IMG/VR virus record: IMGVR_UViG_3300045971_000356
Coordinates: 1 to 64,000 of that record
Direction: 5' to 3' (one strand)
Length of the DNA: 64,000 bases
DNA from: a virus
Positions 55,938 through 64,000 of the stretch are shown one piece after another. Within the stretch, counting starts at the first letter, position 1, and the number at the start of each line of letters is the position of its first letter. The notes beneath the pieces are model-generated. The model was not told the DNA's origin. It did no database searches and saw only the letters and a program-made list of their open reading frames with translations. Both the position numbers and the translations under genes were made by a program.

Positions 55938-56566
55938 TGCGAGCATATGAGTTAACTGAATCATCGACCATCGACAATGAATTGAGTGCCGCACTGAAAC
56001 AGAAGGGCTACAAGTTTTTAGGTAGAGGTGTTGACCAAGCGGCGTGGCTTGAACCTGGTACTGGGTTAGTGCTTAAAATATTTGGCACTGACAAAATGAT
56101 TCATTCAAATCCATTGGATTTGTCCAATGAGCAAAAATCATTTGTTAAGTTTGCTAACTACTGTATGGCTAATCCAGATAATGAATTTTTGCCGCAGTTT
56201 TTAGGTTGGCAGAAATTTATATACAACGAATACGCTTATTTGCAAATACGATGTGAACGCTTGTTTGAGATTGACAAAGGTAAGACTCAGATATGGGCTC
56301 ATGAATTAAACAAAATGGCTAGATATACTAGATTGCAGCTTCCATTGGCCACTTATCTTAGAGACAGCAATAAAAATGAAAGCCCAGGACATTATGAACT
56401 TATGTCATATTTGGGTGAAGATAAACTTGCCACATTATGGAAAACAATAGGAGATTTATATAAGATAGCAAACCGCAACGGGTATGATCTTGACTTACAC
56501 CCTGGAAACTTTATGCTAGGCAGCGATGGTCACATTGTGATCTCTGATCCTTTTTACGCTTGGTAA
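55937..56566 (+). CDS. protein-kinase-fold enzyme (paralog)
   Basis: LGRGVDQAA, VLKI, CERL, DLHPGNFM, ISDP. Confidence 0.8.
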   Translation: MRAYELTESSTIDNELSAALKQKGYKFLGRGVDQAAWLEPGTGLVLKIFGTDKMIHSNPLDLSNEQKSFVKFANYCMANPDNEFLPQFLGWQKFIYNEYAYLQIRCERLFEIDKGKTQIWAHELNKMARYTRLQLPLATYLRDSNKNESPGHYELMSYLGEDKLATLWKTIGDLYKIANRNGYDLDLHPGNFMLGSDGHIVISDPFYAW

Positions 56567-56571
56567 CGAAT

Positions 56572-56958
56572 ATGAGAGCAAACGAAATAGTCACAGAGTT
56601 AGTAAACGACAAAGTCTTTTACACTGACTTTAACAAGCAGAAACCTATATTAAACGGTGCGTATGTTTTACATGCGTCTGCAGGCTATGTTGGGTATGGC
56701 TCTAAGAACGGATACAAGAGCGAGCAGTTTAGAATAGTTGCTAAGACTGCGAATGGTGCAGAGTGCGGTTGGGTAAACTTTGAAAACAAAGACGGTAAAC
56801 TTGAAGCACTGGATCTAAGCATTCAGCCCGCACACCGTAGAAAAGGCATTGCTACGGAAATGTATAAGTTTGCACGCGAGCTAGGCAACGACATAGCACC
56901 CTCCAAACTACAGACAAGCATGGGTAAACAGTTTTGGAATAAAGATCACAGTAAATAA
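56572..56958 (+). CDS. GNAT acetyltransferase
   Basis: IQPAHRRKGIATEMY motif A. Confidence 0.8.
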   Translation: MRANEIVTELVNDKVFYTDFNKQKPILNGAYVLHASAGYVGYGSKNGYKSEQFRIVAKTANGAECGWVNFENKDGKLEALDLSIQPAHRRKGIATEMYKFARELGNDIAPSKLQTSMGKQFWNKDHSK

Positions 56959-57035
56959 CGGTTTTTGACACACGAGCATAAATAAAAGTATGCGGTAGAT
57001 AAGTGTTTACTGCAAAAACATTAGGAGATTATAAA

Positions 57036-57470
57036 ATGGCAATTCAGAAAAGATATAATGGCGATGCAACAGGTATCGTAAACGGCGACATTAGCTTACA
57101 TGGCGTGTCTTCAGCACCAGGCGTGATTATTTCCACTGGTATCGGCAAACACCCAACGTTCGTTAAGATTTCTGGCGGTGCATCCTTGGATGCAGAGTTA
57201 GGCGTTGGTGGTGCTGTTGAAGCAATGATCCGCGTTATGACTATCAAAGCAACAGTGTTAGCTTATCAAGTTGACGGCGCTCAAATGAGCGTGTTGTTAG
57301 AGTCGTCAGGTTGGGGCTATGAAAGCACCGGCGGCGCAACAGCAGCAGCTGATTTGACGGCGGCTTTGGCAGCATTGGGTAACCGTGCAGCTGATCCAGC
57401 AGTTCCAGTATCTGCATACAACTTTGGACCAGTGGTAGCTGCTACAGCTGGTGGATTCAAGTTGGCTTAA
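57036..57470 (+). CDS. putative virion structural protein
   Basis: Late promoter, strong RBS, Ala/Gly-rich, terminator at about 57492-57516. Confidence 0.5.
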   Translation: MAIQKRYNGDATGIVNGDISLHGVSSAPGVIISTGIGKHPTFVKISGGASLDAELGVGGAVEAMIRVMTIKATVLAYQVDGAQMSVLLESSGWGYESTGGATAAADLTAALAALGNRAADPAVPVSAYNFGPVVAATAGGFKLA

Positions 57471-57551
57471 TAGTTCAAGACTATACAACGAAATAGGGAC
57501 TTTAGGTCCCTATTTTCATGACTGAAATTTATTCCAATAAATACTAAGATA

Positions 57552-57971
57552 ATGGTCCCACTTCACATCCACGCTGGTTACACTCTAATAGATATTTCAG
57601 ACACTGGAGTAATATCAGTTGATGACTCCCCACGACGTAATCAGCATAGGAACTGGGAAACTTTAGTCCAAGTTCTTGGGTTACGTGCGCAACTGATGCT
57701 ACTTAGCTCGCCTGAAGTAATGGAACTAGATACAACAAACTTAGAGTTTGGTGAGGATTTCACTGGCAAGCAACTGGTGTGGGTGTTTAAGTTTGGGGTA
57801 GAGCAAAGCGATGTATATGCTAACACTACATCAGCTTATGGTAATCTTGAAAGTGACTGCTCGTGTGTTCCTGTTATAATAGGGTTAAACGAGACAGCAA
57901 AGATTACTGTGCCAACTTTTTGCACTAGAGGCAACCAAAAGAACATCTATTTTAATAAGGTCAAAATTTAA
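57552..57971 (+). CDS. conserved phage hypothetical protein
   Basis: TLIDISDTG...RNQHRNWET. Confidence 0.6.
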   Translation: MVPLHIHAGYTLIDISDTGVISVDDSPRRNQHRNWETLVQVLGLRAQLMLLSSPEVMELDTTNLEFGEDFTGKQLVWVFKFGVEQSDVYANTTSAYGNLESDCSCVPVIIGLNETAKITVPTFCTRGNQKNIYFNKVKI

Positions 57972-57981
57972 TAAATACGTA

Positions 57982-58194
57982 ATGAAGATAATCGAATTAC
58001 TTAATAGCCTTAGCCTTCCTCTAACCAACGAAGAAGCAGATGTGTTGGATAAGTTTAACGAAAATGCTGTAATTTTGAAGTCGTCTCTTGAACCAAGAGA
58101 ACAACTTATTGCGAACAATTTAGTGTCTAAAGACGTATTGTATAGAAAGAAAAACGGCAGTGGCAAACTTGAATATTCCAAAAAAATCCGCTAA
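57982..58194 (+). CDS. hypothetical protein
   Basis: MKIIELL, late promoter. Confidence 0.6.
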   Translation: MKIIELLNSLSLPLTNEEADVLDKFNENAVILKSSLEPREQLIANNLVSKDVLYRKKNGSGKLEYSKKIR

Positions 58195-58669
58195 CCAACT
58201 CGACGCCATAACTAACTATGGCTTCGACAAAGTATCGACGTGGACTAAGCGCGAGCTTTACAAACTACAGCATAACAGTGAGTTGCCGATTTGTATTGAA
58301 CTACAAAATGGGAACTATCTAGTAGCAACTTACTTGATTGAAAAATGTGTTGGTATGTGGGCGGTAAATGACTTAGAGTTCAACAACAAAACAGCAGCAA
58401 TTTATTATTGCTCACTATGCCACTTAGCGCGGTTTATGGACGCAGAACAAGTATACAGATTAGATCGTGCTATTGGCAATTTAGAATTTGATAAAATGGT
58501 GTTTCGTGATAAGCTAGATGCAGCCCATTTGCTTCAAGATCAGTTCAAAATTGATCTCTACAGCAGTAGATTTGATGAAACCAAGCGAAAATTAGCTGTG
58601 ATTAAACAAGATTTTACAAAAAAAATGTCGCAAGCTAAATACATCTATAAAGAAGTTTTAGGAAACTAA
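58160..58669 (+). CDS. hypothetical protein
   Basis: ORF in an operon. Confidence 0.55.
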   Translation: MANLNIPKKSANQLDAITNYGFDKVSTWTKRELYKLQHNSELPICIELQNGNYLVATYLIEKCVGMWAVNDLEFNNKTAAIYYCSLCHLARFMDAEQVYRLDRAIGNLEFDKMVFRDKLDAAHLLQDQFKIDLYSSRFDETKRKLAVIKQDFTKKMSQAKYIYKEVLGN

Positions 58670-58672
58670 CAA

Positions 58673-59353
58673 ATGAAATATGATGAGCATTATGCTAGGC
58701 TGATAGAAAGAGCAAAAACCCGCAATTTGCCGGGTTATGCTGAACAGCATCATATTGTTCCGAAATGTGTTGGTGGCACTGATAGCAAAGAAAATTTAGT
58801 TAAATTGACTCCAGAAGAGCATTACACTGCTCATCAATTATTAGTTAAATTGTATCCTGAATCAAAAAAACTAGCATTTGCAGCAAATATGATGACTGTC
58901 AATAGTAGAGATACTAAAAGAAATAACAAATTGTATGGCTGGTTAAAGAAAAGAATATCAGCAGCTAGAACTGGAACTAAAAATGCTAAGTGGGCTGCTT
59001 TATTAAAAGGCAATACTTACGGCAAGGCAAATAAAGGAAAGAAAAATCCTGGACTTTCTTTAAGAAATATTGGAAATCAATACGCCAGTGGTAAATCTAA
59101 TTTAGGTTCTGCGGCTGCTTGTAAAATAAATATGATAGGCAATACTTATGGTAAAGCCAATAAAGGAAAGAGTAATACTGGGGTCACCGCCGCTAATTTA
59201 AAGCGGTTAGCTGAAGGGACACATCCTTCGCAAAATAAAATTAAATGTGAACATTGTTCAAAGATTATAGGCGCAAGTATGTATGCCAGGTGGCATGGCA
59301 ACAACTGTAAATTAGCATCCGCAACTAAGGAATTATTAAATGAAATTAACTGA
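58673..59353 (+). CDS. HNH homing endonuclease
   Basis: EQHHIVPKCVGGTDSKENLVKLTPEEHYTAH. Confidence 0.9.
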   Translation: MKYDEHYARLIERAKTRNLPGYAEQHHIVPKCVGGTDSKENLVKLTPEEHYTAHQLLVKLYPESKKLAFAANMMTVNSRDTKRNNKLYGWLKKRISAARTGTKNAKWAALLKGNTYGKANKGKKNPGLSLRNIGNQYASGKSNLGSAAACKINMIGNTYGKANKGKSNTGVTAANLKRLAEGTHPSQNKIKCEHCSKIIGASMYARWHGNNCKLASATKELLNEIN

Positions 59354-60053
59354 TATAGCAGCAACTAAACCATCACTTAACAAAATGAACGAAACAATGC
59401 TTTCGAGATTTGGTTTCAAAATTAATTATGACGCAATTACGCTTCCAAAAGCGCAACAAATGCGTTCCAAAATCTACGAAACAGTTTCAAACATTCGTAA
59501 GTCAAGTGCTATCCACACAGCAGAGAAAAACCCACAATATTTAGAAATGCTTATTGTATATGAAGGTTTATCCCGCTGGATTGACGCTTACAAAGGTCAA
59601 CAAGCACGCCGCAAGTTAAAAGAGGGTGAGTTGGGTCAAGCAGAAGCTATTTTAGCAGCTAAAGATATGGTGGACACATGCCAAGACTTTATTGAGAAAG
59701 TTGGCAAGATGCAAAACGAACAATTGCCAGCTTTGATTGACTCAGTTCGTGATCAAATTGGTGCTGCTCAAGCAGACGCATTTAAGAATACAGCTGGTAT
59801 GGCATTGACAACATTGTCGCAGCAACTTGGACAAGCTCGTGAAGCATTAGACGGTGCTTCTCGTGCATTGACTGGTGAGCCACAAGTTGATATGGCTATG
59901 CCAGGCGCTGACCCTACTGGTGGCCTGCCTCCAGCACCAGGTATGGACGATGGAAGCATGGATGATTTAGGTGCTGACATGGCAGCAGACGATTTTGGTG
60001 CAGCTGATGCAGCCGCTGGTGGTCCAGAAGATTTGGGACGCGAGCGTCGTTAA
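59340..60053 (+). CDS. putative head scaffold/internal protein
   Basis: Helical, LKEGE cleavage-like site, acidic tail. Confidence 0.45.
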   Translation: MKLTDIAATKPSLNKMNETMLSRFGFKINYDAITLPKAQQMRSKIYETVSNIRKSSAIHTAEKNPQYLEMLIVYEGLSRWIDAYKGQQARRKLKEGELGQAEAILAAKDMVDTCQDFIEKVGKMQNEQLPALIDSVRDQIGAAQADAFKNTAGMALTTLSQQLGQAREALDGASRALTGEPQVDMAMPGADPTGGLPPAPGMDDGSMDDLGADMAADDFGAADAAAGGPEDLGRERR

Positions 60054-60054
60054 T

Positions 60055-60504
60055 ATGAAAATTAAAGAAGTAATCAGCGAAGGGTATTACCCAGACGAAA
60101 GCGATTTTATGGGCGCACCTGGTCAATTTGACGACGATGGCGCAATGCCCGGCGAGCACACTCCAGAAATGGAATTATCGTCCAATGCTGACACTAAGAT
60201 GATCAACGCAGTTAAGCGTGTATGCGACGAATACAAAGGTCAAGGCCACGCTCAAGTTGAAATTTTACCGTTTATCTCCAAAGTGATTGAACTTGCTAAG
60301 AAGCCAGTTAACTTAGCTGACTTGATTGCTATCAACAAAAAGTCTCCAGAGATTCGCAGCATGATTGACAGCATTGATGACAAGAAGATTAAGTTCAAGA
60401 ACATGTCTGTCAAGAACGAAGATCCTAAGGCCCAAGCAGAGAAGAAAGATGCTACTGTAGGTGGCATGGCTGGCAGAGCAGCTAGCCGCAACCGCGGACT
60501 ATAA
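60055..60504 (+). CDS. hypothetical protein with MKxxEV leader
   Basis: MKIKEVISE. Confidence 0.6.
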   Translation: MKIKEVISEGYYPDESDFMGAPGQFDDDGAMPGEHTPEMELSSNADTKMINAVKRVCDEYKGQGHAQVEILPFISKVIELAKKPVNLADLIAINKKSPEIRSMIDSIDDKKIKFKNMSVKNEDPKAQAEKKDATVGGMAGRAASRNRGL

Positions 60505-60893
60505 TGCGAGTTAACGAAATCATTCGTGAAGATGTTAGCGCAGAAGAGCAACTTGGTGACTCATCAGTATCCAACTTGATCCCAGTGCTTATGTTCCTGC
60601 GCAAGCGCAGTGAGGACAAAGGTATTACGCCTAAGTTACGCACTAACAGCTTGATTCAACTTGTTCAAAATGCTGGTGACGCATCGTTTAGCTATCCTAC
60701 ACTGGCAGCAGCATACGAAGGAAACGAAGCAGTTAAAGAATTGATTGCGGATTTCAACCAAGACGAGATTACACTTACTACTGATTTGGATTCCGCAGAG
60801 GACGCACATGACGACGCAGAAGAAGGCAAGGAAAGAGACCCACAGCAAGTAGTGGCTAGTATGGCTAAAAAAGCTCGTGATAATAGAGAATAA
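60504..60893 (+). CDS. hypothetical protein with MRxxEI leader
   Basis: MRVNEIIRE; C-terminal V..MA..A shared with the upstream gene. Confidence 0.6.
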   Translation: MRVNEIIREDVSAEEQLGDSSVSNLIPVLMFLRKRSEDKGITPKLRTNSLIQLVQNAGDASFSYPTLAAAYEGNEAVKELIADFNQDEITLTTDLDSAEDAHDDAEEGKERDPQQVVASMAKKARDNRE

Positions 60894-60965
60894 TTGCTCA
60901 AAACTTAAAAAAAAGCAGCCTAAATGGCTGCTTTTTACATTGCATTTAGTATATACTACATAGAT

Positions 60966-61637
60966 ATGAAATTTGATTATAAACCACTAAGCAGAGAAAA
61001 TATAAACGGGAAGCGACATTATTGCACACCAGATGGTATGAAGTTGCCCAGCGTAACTACTATACTTGAGAAAACAAAGTCGCAAGAAAAGATAGAAGCA
61101 CTTAACAACTGGCGTAGACGAGTTGGCCCACAGGCAGCGCAAACTATTACGACAGAAGCAGCAGGCACAGGCACTGTGATGCACAAGATTCTAGAAGAGC
61201 ATTGTTTGGGCAAGTCGAAGCCTCCAGGCACTAACACGGTGCAAAAAATAGCATACCCGATGGCACAAACCATTATTCAAAATGGACTAGTGCACATGAA
61301 TGAGGTATGGGGTAATGAAATCTCCCTGTATTATCCAAGCCTATACGCTGGATCAACTGACTTAGCGGGAGTATGGAAAAACAAAGAGTCCATTCTCGAC
61401 TTCAAACAAACAAATCGGCCTAAGAAATCTGAGTGGATTGACGATTACCGAATCCAATTGTGCGCCTACGCATTGGCGCACAATGAAGTGTATGGAACTA
61501 ACATTAGACAAGGTGTAGTGCTAATGTGCAGCAGAGCATGCGAGTATCAAGAGTTCGTAATTGAAGGATCAGATTTTGATTACTGGGCTGATCAATGGTG
61601 GGACAAGGTCCAAGAATATTACAGCATAAATACTTAA
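60966..61637 (+). CDS. PD-(D/E)xK exonuclease
   Basis: PSVTTIL...GTVMH...YAGSTD...ILDFKQ...QLCAYA. Confidence 0.85.
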   Translation: MKFDYKPLSRENINGKRHYCTPDGMKLPSVTTILEKTKSQEKIEALNNWRRRVGPQAAQTITTEAAGTGTVMHKILEEHCLGKSKPPGTNTVQKIAYPMAQTIIQNGLVHMNEVWGNEISLYYPSLYAGSTDLAGVWKNKESILDFKQTNRPKKSEWIDDYRIQLCAYALAHNEVYGTNIRQGVVLMCSRACEYQEFVIEGSDFDYWADQWWDKVQEYYSINT

Positions 61638-61657
61638 TATGTCTGAGGTATAACAAA

Positions 61658-63292
61658 TTGGCAATCACACAAATATCCAAAATTAGGGCTCGTAGAGGGC
61701 ATTTAGAAGATCTACCTAGTCCACTGTCGTCAGCTGAATTTGGCTGGGCAATAGATGCACGCCGTTTGTTTATCGGCAATGGCGAACAAGAAGAAGGCGC
61801 TCCGCTTATTGGTAACACTGAGGTTCTGACAGAACACAGTGACATTACAAAACTTAGCGGAATGTATACTTTTACTGGTAGGCTCGCTGGTTACACTGTG
61901 CAAACGGGTGAAGGTGCATTGTCTCCAATGTCCCGCACACTGGGTGACAAGCTGGATGATATCGCTAACTTTAGAGATTTTGGTGGTGTGGGTGATGGCG
62001 TTACTAATGAAGTAAGAGCATTTAACCGCGCTATACAACAGTTACACAAAACAGCAGTGCTTAACATTGAATCTCGTGTTCGCCGCACCTTGCACATACC
62101 TGCTGGTGTTTATATTCTTGGCGATGTAACTAATAGCAGTAGTGGAACTGCTGAAGATTACATTAAGTTACTTCCTTTTGTTAAACTGCGTGGAGATGGC
62201 AAGAACGCGACATTTATTATTCAAGTAAACGCCAACGCTCAGTGCGTAGTGGGTAACACAGATACAGCTCTTTCAACTTATCCTGATTTTATCAGTAATT
62301 ATACATCAATCCCTCACCCAGGTTATAATGAGATCGAAGGTATTACGCTGATTAATGTGACAGCAAATCACGTAACAATGTTTGCTAATGCTACCGACAC
62401 ATTGTTGACACAAGTTAGGATGCAGCACGTTAACTGGAATACTACATTGCCAGTACCACTTGCTACGGATTCAGCAACAGTTAACGCTGAAACCGCGACA
62501 ACTGGTGGTTTAAAAACTTCGTGTATCGCATTGTTTGGTAATGACCCTGCGCTACCATCGCAACTAACATTCCAAAACTGTGAGTTCATTGGCACCACTA
62601 CCGCAATAACATCAGAAGCTGGGGCAGTAGCATCCGTATTATTTGACAACTGTTTCTTTTCTAGGCTGTATCGTGGTTGCTACTTATCGCAAGGTGCAAC
62701 AAAAATCGTTGCATCTAGATTTACCGACATTTCCCATGAAGCAGTTTACTCTCCTGGTGTGCATAGTGTAGTAAGCGCACACAACACATTTACAAATGTT
62801 GGCAACGCATTGTCTGCGACGCCTGTTTACGCAGTATTAGATTTGTGGGGTGACAACTGCTACAGCATTGGTGATGTATTTGACAGAAGTTCTGACGCAG
62901 CAGTGCAAGCAGTTAATTTACGTGGCAAGGCTAGTTTTGCAACATTGCAGAACGGTAGGCTTATGCTTGGTAAACAGCATTACGCTGGTGGCAGGGCAAT
63001 TACGCTCACTGATGGTGTTGTTACCGCGACAGTAGCGGGTGTTATTGGTTATGGCAATCGCCCAACTAAACTTGAATACACGGTGCAGCGCGGAACAGAA
63101 CAACGCACTGGTACGATGCATATAGCACCAGTTGGCACTGCGTTGACATTCTCAGATGATTATGTAGAAACGGACGACATTGGAGTCTCATTGATTCCAA
63201 CACTAACTGGCGGTGCTATTGAGTTAACCTATACAACTTCCAGCACAACAGAAAATGCAACCTTAACTGTAGCAAGCAGAACTTTAACTTAA
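61658..63292 (+). CDS. tail/baseplate protein with pectate-lyase-like beta-helix
   Basis: ANFRDFGGVGDGVT...LHIPAGVY, TTG start after GAGG. Confidence 0.7.
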   Translation: MAITQISKIRARRGHLEDLPSPLSSAEFGWAIDARRLFIGNGEQEEGAPLIGNTEVLTEHSDITKLSGMYTFTGRLAGYTVQTGEGALSPMSRTLGDKLDDIANFRDFGGVGDGVTNEVRAFNRAIQQLHKTAVLNIESRVRRTLHIPAGVYILGDVTNSSSGTAEDYIKLLPFVKLRGDGKNATFIIQVNANAQCVVGNTDTALSTYPDFISNYTSIPHPGYNEIEGITLINVTANHVTMFANATDTLLTQVRMQHVNWNTTLPVPLATDSATVNAETATTGGLKTSCIALFGNDPALPSQLTFQNCEFIGTTTAITSEAGAVASVLFDNCFFSRLYRGCYLSQGATKIVASRFTDISHEAVYSPGVHSVVSAHNTFTNVGNALSATPVYAVLDLWGDNCYSIGDVFDRSSDAAVQAVNLRGKASFATLQNGRLMLGKQHYAGGRAITLTDGVVTATVAGVIGYGNRPTKLEYTVQRGTEQRTGTMHIAPVGTALTFSDDYVETDDIGVSLIPTLTGGAIELTYTTSSTTENATLTVASRTLT

Positions 63293-63305
63293 ACTTTAAA
63301 ATTTA

Positions 63306-63755
63306 ATGTGGTATTTAAAACCTGAAGAACGCCTTCACGAGTGGAGGGCTTTCCGCAAACAGCTAGCAGAGCTGTCTTTTGACGACGCAGTCAAACAAAC
63401 TGTAAATCTTTGGAGTTACGCTCCATTTGTTAACCACTACCTTGATCACATCGAGGACAAAGATTGGCCCTCACCTTGGGAATTAGTGGCAGAAAACAAT
63501 TATGATGATATTGCTAAAGCCGCCGGCATGCTTTATACATTATTTTTGTCTGAGCACGGAAAAAACCACTCGTTTTCACTCATCGAAGCCAGGGGAAAAT
63601 CCGGGTTAGACACCTACAATTTAGTCTCGATTGACGATGGAAAATATATACTTAATTTCGCATTCAACGAAGTAATAAGTAATCTATCGCTTGACAAAGA
63701 ATTGGATATCACAAAAGCGCACACAGCAGAAGCACTGCAACTCGACAAATATTAA
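63306..63755 (+). CDS. conserved phage hypothetical protein
   Basis: WSYAPFV...WPSPWEL. Confidence 0.6.
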   Translation: MWYLKPEERLHEWRAFRKQLAELSFDDAVKQTVNLWSYAPFVNHYLDHIEDKDWPSPWELVAENNYDDIAKAAGMLYTLFLSEHGKNHSFSLIEARGKSGLDTYNLVSIDDGKYILNFAFNEVISNLSLDKELDITKAHTAEALQLDKY

Positions 63756-63835
63756 AACGGTTAAAAATACACGGGTGGATGGTCTGCCTTTGTAAATAAT
63801 ACACAGTCATCATTAAACAAAAGGAAAATAGAAAA

Positions 63836-64000
63836 ATGGACAATTACAGGAAATACATTCATAAGAGTAGGTACGCTAGGTTTATAGATGAAAAAGCAAG
63901 ACGTGAAAATTGGGAAGAAACGGTGCAACGGTTAGTTGATTTTTATAGTAACAAATTCCCAGATTATGCTTCTGTATTAAGCAATGGTATTCGGTCAAAC
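63836..64000 (+). CDS. ribonucleotide reductase (class II-like), 5' part
   Basis: MDNYRKYIHKSRYARF...RRENWEETVQR, runs off the window edge. Confidence 0.75.
   Translation, partial: MDNYRKYIHKSRYARFIDEKARRENWEETVQRLVDFYSNKFPDYASVLSNGIRSN

Noticed and set aside
1-64000. Stop-codon reassignment
   Set aside because: Genes are intact in the standard code, TAA, TAG and TGA all end genes at sensible positions, and no suppressor tRNA was seen.

Overview
This 64 kb window is part of a large, AT-rich, T4-like (jumbo) lytic phage genome. Support: recurrent TAAATA/TATAAATA late-promoter motifs, primase, gp41/DnaB helicase, gp62-like clamp-loader subunit, UvsW-like helicase, spanins, virion proteins and the start of a ribonucleotide reductase. 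A betaproteobacterial host is inferred but not shown. The first ~27 kb is a tRNA island (about 33 tRNA or tRNA-like genes) interleaved with homing endonucleases and host-derived cargo. Main highlights: (1) a four-gene porin + two multiheme c cytochromes + inner-membrane cytochrome b-like module (10209-13561), plus a separate OmcE-like tetraheme nanowire-type cytochrome behind a perfect phage late promoter (51669-52310), together suggesting a phage-encoded extracellular electron transfer kit; (2) a 1.1 kb non-coding array of back-to-back long-stem RNA cassettes with a shared terminal inverted repeat, driven by tandem sigma70 promoters and a boxA-like site (13565-14832); (3) homing-endonuclease cassettes that break a tRNA gene and carry a replacement tRNA for the same amino acid; (4) tRNAs with anticodon-loop inserts; (5) a circularly permuted tmRNA; (6) a split-intein helicase fractured by an endonuclease gene; (7) a tandem family of ten small paralogs; (8) enzymes carrying a putative capsid-targeting N-terminal peptide. 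All assignments come from reading the sequence and recalling protein families. No searches were run.
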